The position numbers were made by a program, and so were the translations under genes. From a virus (Duplodnaviria; Caudoviricetes), in IMG/VR virus record IMGVR_UViG_3300048850_000019, positions 1 to 37,609 of that record: 37,609 nucleotides of DNA. The stretch is one strand, 5' to 3'. Under the pieces are notes generated by a model, which was not told the DNA's origin, did not search any database, and saw nothing but the letters and a program-made list of their open reading frames with translations. Shown piece after piece: positions 35,049 through 37,609 of the stretch (position 1 is its first letter; each line of letters opens with the position of its first letter).

Positions 35049-35521
35049 CCGCAAGCCGCGGCGACTTCCGCAATTACAACCGTATGGAGCGGAACTTCTC
35101 TGCCCAGATCGAGCAGCAGGTTTCCGCGCTCAAGGCTACGCTGCAGGCTGAGCTTGCCGCGAGTGAACAGCGGGCGAAGATCATTGATGCGCAGCTTGCG
35201 GCCACGATCGCCAAGCTGGAAGCCGCAACGGCAGCGCTCGAAAAGCGCCCTCAGGCCACAGACCTCGGCGTGCTGGCGATTGTGGTTGGCTCAACGCTTT
35301 CCGTCACACGCGCAGGCACATCGCGCATGGTTGTCCCGTTCGCCGGCGTTCGACCCACTGACATATTGTGGGCGCGTCCCGACGAGTATCTGCCGCTCGA
35401 CTATGGCCTGCCACAGGTGATGTGCCGCAACGCCGGACAGATGGAAGTCCGCATTGCCGTGCCTGCCATCGCCCTCGGCACCACCAAGACCATCAATCTC
35501 GCAATCACCGCACTGAGGTAG
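35045..35521 (+). CDS. Hypothetical tail-region protein
   Basis: Coupled ORF, coiled coil then beta-rich domain. Confidence 0.7.
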   Translation: MTASRGDFRNYNRMERNFSAQIEQQVSALKATLQAELAASEQRAKIIDAQLAATIAKLEAATAALEKRPQATDLGVLAIVVGSTLSVTRAGTSRMVVPFAGVRPTDILWARPDEYLPLDYGLPQVMCRNAGQMEVRIAVPAIALGTTKTINLAITALR

Positions 35522-35523
35522 GC

Positions 35524-35904
35524 ATGGCCGAATACATTGCAAATGCCCCGTTCACGCGGGTGCAGATCGATATCGCGCATGATGAAGACTGGCACGACGA
35601 AATCCCGCAGTTGCTGGAAGAAGACGGCACGGCGGTTGATCTGCGGAATGCCACCCTCACTCTGACGGTGCGGCCTGTGCTGGATCACAGTGTCAAGATC
35701 GTTGAGCTTACAAGCCCTTCCGGCGGCATCACGCTTCCAGATGCTCGGTTTGGCCGAGCCGTCTTCTCCCTGCCTCGCGCACAGGTGACCGCCATTCCGA
35801 TCGGGCGATGGGACCAGTTCCTTGTGCTCGACCAGCCCGACCGCACGCCTCGCTATCGCGAAGTTTGGCGCGGCCCGCTTCTCGTCCATCCCGCCCGCGT
35901 TTAA
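35524..35904 (+). CDS. Baseplate/fibre adaptor-like protein
   Basis: Start MAEYIAN; EDGTAVDLRNATLTLTVR resembles BppU N-terminal-like adaptors. Confidence 0.6.
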   Translation: MAEYIANAPFTRVQIDIAHDEDWHDEIPQLLEEDGTAVDLRNATLTLTVRPVLDHSVKIVELTSPSGGITLPDARFGRAVFSLPRAQVTAIPIGRWDQFLVLDQPDRTPRYREVWRGPLLVHPARV

Positions 35905-35921
35905 TCCCCGGAGAACAGCTT

Positions 35922-37609
35922 ATGCCTCTCACTATCCTGTCTCAGGGCGATACCGTTCGTCTGGCCACCATCGAAGGCGCAAGCTCCGCTGTCTTTGCAG
36001 CCGCCGCACGCGCCGAAGAAGCGGCGCAGGACGTTGGGGGCGTCGGCATCGTTGTCGAGAACTTGCCCGCGATCTTGGATGCGCCGAACCAGGCTGCTTC
36101 GGCAGCAGGATCGGCTGCGGCAGGAGCCGCCACACTTGCTCAGACGCAGGCGGTTCGCGATGCAGCATTCACCAAAGCCAAAACCGGCACCGATCTAGCT
36201 GCTACGCGTGCGCTGGTGGCGGATGGCGAGCCATTTGGTGTGGTGAGCGCAGATGGGCAGGAGACTGCCCTATACATCCGTGCGAGCGCAACCACCCAAA
36301 CCTTCGTCACGTCATACCCGACAGCCGAACGCGTTCGAAGAACCGAGGTGCGCCAACGGCTGCTTCGCCGATCTGAGCTTGATCGTGCCGCCGGTCGGCC
36401 ATGGTCCCTTGCGGCTTGGTTGCTGGAAGACATGAGCCGTTGCGACTGGTTCGCTTGGATCGACGCCAGCGACCGCACTATGCAATTTCAAGACGTGGAT
36501 GGCACCATTCCCGTCACTGCAGATGACCAGCCTGTCCGATTGATCAAGTCGATGAACGGCAATCCCGCCCACGATCTGCTGATCCTGAACACGACCTATC
36601 CGGCCTTGTCCAAAACCCGCTCCGGTATTCATTATGTGACGCATCCTGTGGGTGTAGCGGGCTCCGCTTTCCGCAATCGTACAGACTTTACATTCAAGCT
36701 ACCGGCCTTCATGGCTCTCGCTCATATGCGAACAGCGGTTGGGACCTTCTCACAAGCCTTCGCCGGGACGAACTCAGGAAACTATTTCGCGATCAGAAAC
36801 GATGTCGGCGGCCAGAACAGAGCTGACGTTCGATCAGCGTCTTCGACGCTCGGTTATGGCCTTATCTCATCTGAGAGCCTTGCTCGGGGAACACCGCTAA
36901 ACGCGCCTCTGGTTGTCGATGCCAAGCTGAGTGCAGGGTTTCAGGATCAATATACAGACGGGAAGGCCTACTTCACCAAAGCCAACGCTTGGCAGGCCGG
37001 GGCTACACTTGCTGCTGCCCGCTTTGGCACGAACCTAAATGGCACCCTTACTGCCTTCAACAATCGCAATGATTGGTATCAGCTAGTCTTTGCGATGGAA
37101 GCGATCCCCGACGACATCCGCGCCAAGATTGCCGCTTACCTGAAAAGCTGCATTGTGCGACCGACACGTTCGACCGACTTCAACATCGCCATCGTCTCGG
37201 ACAGCACCGGGGATGACACCAACGAAACAGCGGGCGTTCAGGTCTTGGGGGGTGAGTGGCCCTTCCGGTTTGCCAATTACCTGGCAGGCCAGAACCCGAA
37301 CAAGTTCGTTGGCCTTCGCGGGTACGAAGACACCAACGAAAGGGCAATGGGCTACCGTTCTGAAATCGTTATTCAAGATGGTGAAGCGCCTGGAGCAATC
37401 CGTATCTACAATGGCGCAATAGCTGGATCGCAGCCACAGCAGGCGCTCGGGATCAACTACCCGAAAATGATCCGGGACATTCCCAAGCCGAATGTCATCA
37501 TCATCAATCACGGGTTCAATCCCGTGGCATCGGGTAGCCCCGAGGTCAGCTACCCAGGCCATATTCTCAATCTGATCGAGACACTGAAAACCCGGTGGCC
37601 GGGCGTTCC
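35922..37609 (+). CDS. Tail fibre/spike with lectin-like domain and SGNH/GDSL esterase (runs off window)
   Basis: Own translation MPLTILSQGDTV..; WFAWIDASD..; SGNH blocks IAIVSDSTG, NGAIAGS, IIINHGFN; GGAGA RBS. Confidence 0.8.
   Translation, partial: MPLTILSQGDTVRLATIEGASSAVFAAAARAEEAAQDVGGVGIVVENLPAILDAPNQAASAAGSAAAGAATLAQTQAVRDAAFTKAKTGTDLAATRALVADGEPFGVVSADGQETALYIRASATTQTFVTSYPTAERVRRTEVRQRLLRRSELDRAAGRPWSLAAWLLEDMSRCDWFAWIDASDRTMQFQDVDGTIPVTADDQPVRLIKSMNGNPAHDLLILNTTYPALSKTRSGIHYVTHPVGVAGSAFRNRTDFTFKLPAFMALAHMRTAVGTFSQAFAGTNSGNYFAIRNDVGGQNRADVRSASSTLGYGLISSESLARGTPLNAPLVVDAKLSAGFQDQYTDGKAYFTKANAWQAGATLAAARFGTNLNGTLTAFNNRNDWYQLVFAMEAIPDDIRAKIAAYLKSCIVRPTRSTDFNIAIVSDSTGDDTNETAGVQVLGGEWPFRFANYLAGQNPNKFVGLRGYEDTNERAMGYRSEIVIQDGEAPGAIRIYNGAIAGSQPQQALGINYPKMIRDIPKPNVIIINHGFNPVASGSPEVSYPGHILNLIETLKTRWPGV

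Larger units (their letters stand above)
1..37609. mobile_element. Temperate HK97-like siphovirus prophage, probably alphaproteobacterial; both ends truncated by the window
   Basis: Canonical order int-xis-early left-cI/cro-replication-antiterminator-HNH/terS/terL-portal-protease-capsid-tail; no frameshifts noticed in core genes. Confidence 0.97.

Overview
A largely intact temperate, lambdoid-organised, HK97-fold cos-type siphovirus (pro)phage, probably from an alphaproteobacterial host (GcrA-like and GapR-like genes, GTA-type tail genes, high GC). Left to right: truncated tyrosine integrase and overlapping excisionase; a leftward early operon (MazG-like, mosaic Zn-finger gene, HNH, NinB, Rad52/Sak-like annealase, DEDD exonuclease, minimal class-II nucleotidyltransferase, many small ORFs); an immunity region with cI/cro and six TCGTAC-N5-GTACGA-type operators; a rightward early operon (HNH-AP2, GapR-like, adenine MTase, VRR-NUC, replication initiator with iterons, GcrA-like, NusG paralogue); late leader; head and tail genes, ending in a truncated SGNH-containing tail appendage. 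No lysis genes or att sites are visible. The most striking unexplained signals are non-coding: (i) a ~215-nt multi-helix RNA-like element with GNRA tetraloops between OL and the cI stop, and (ii) two tandem structured, CCA-ended tRNA-like elements in the late leader directly upstream of a cupin + Pnk-like kinase pair. All folds were paired by eye and all protein calls come from motif recognition; no searches were run.
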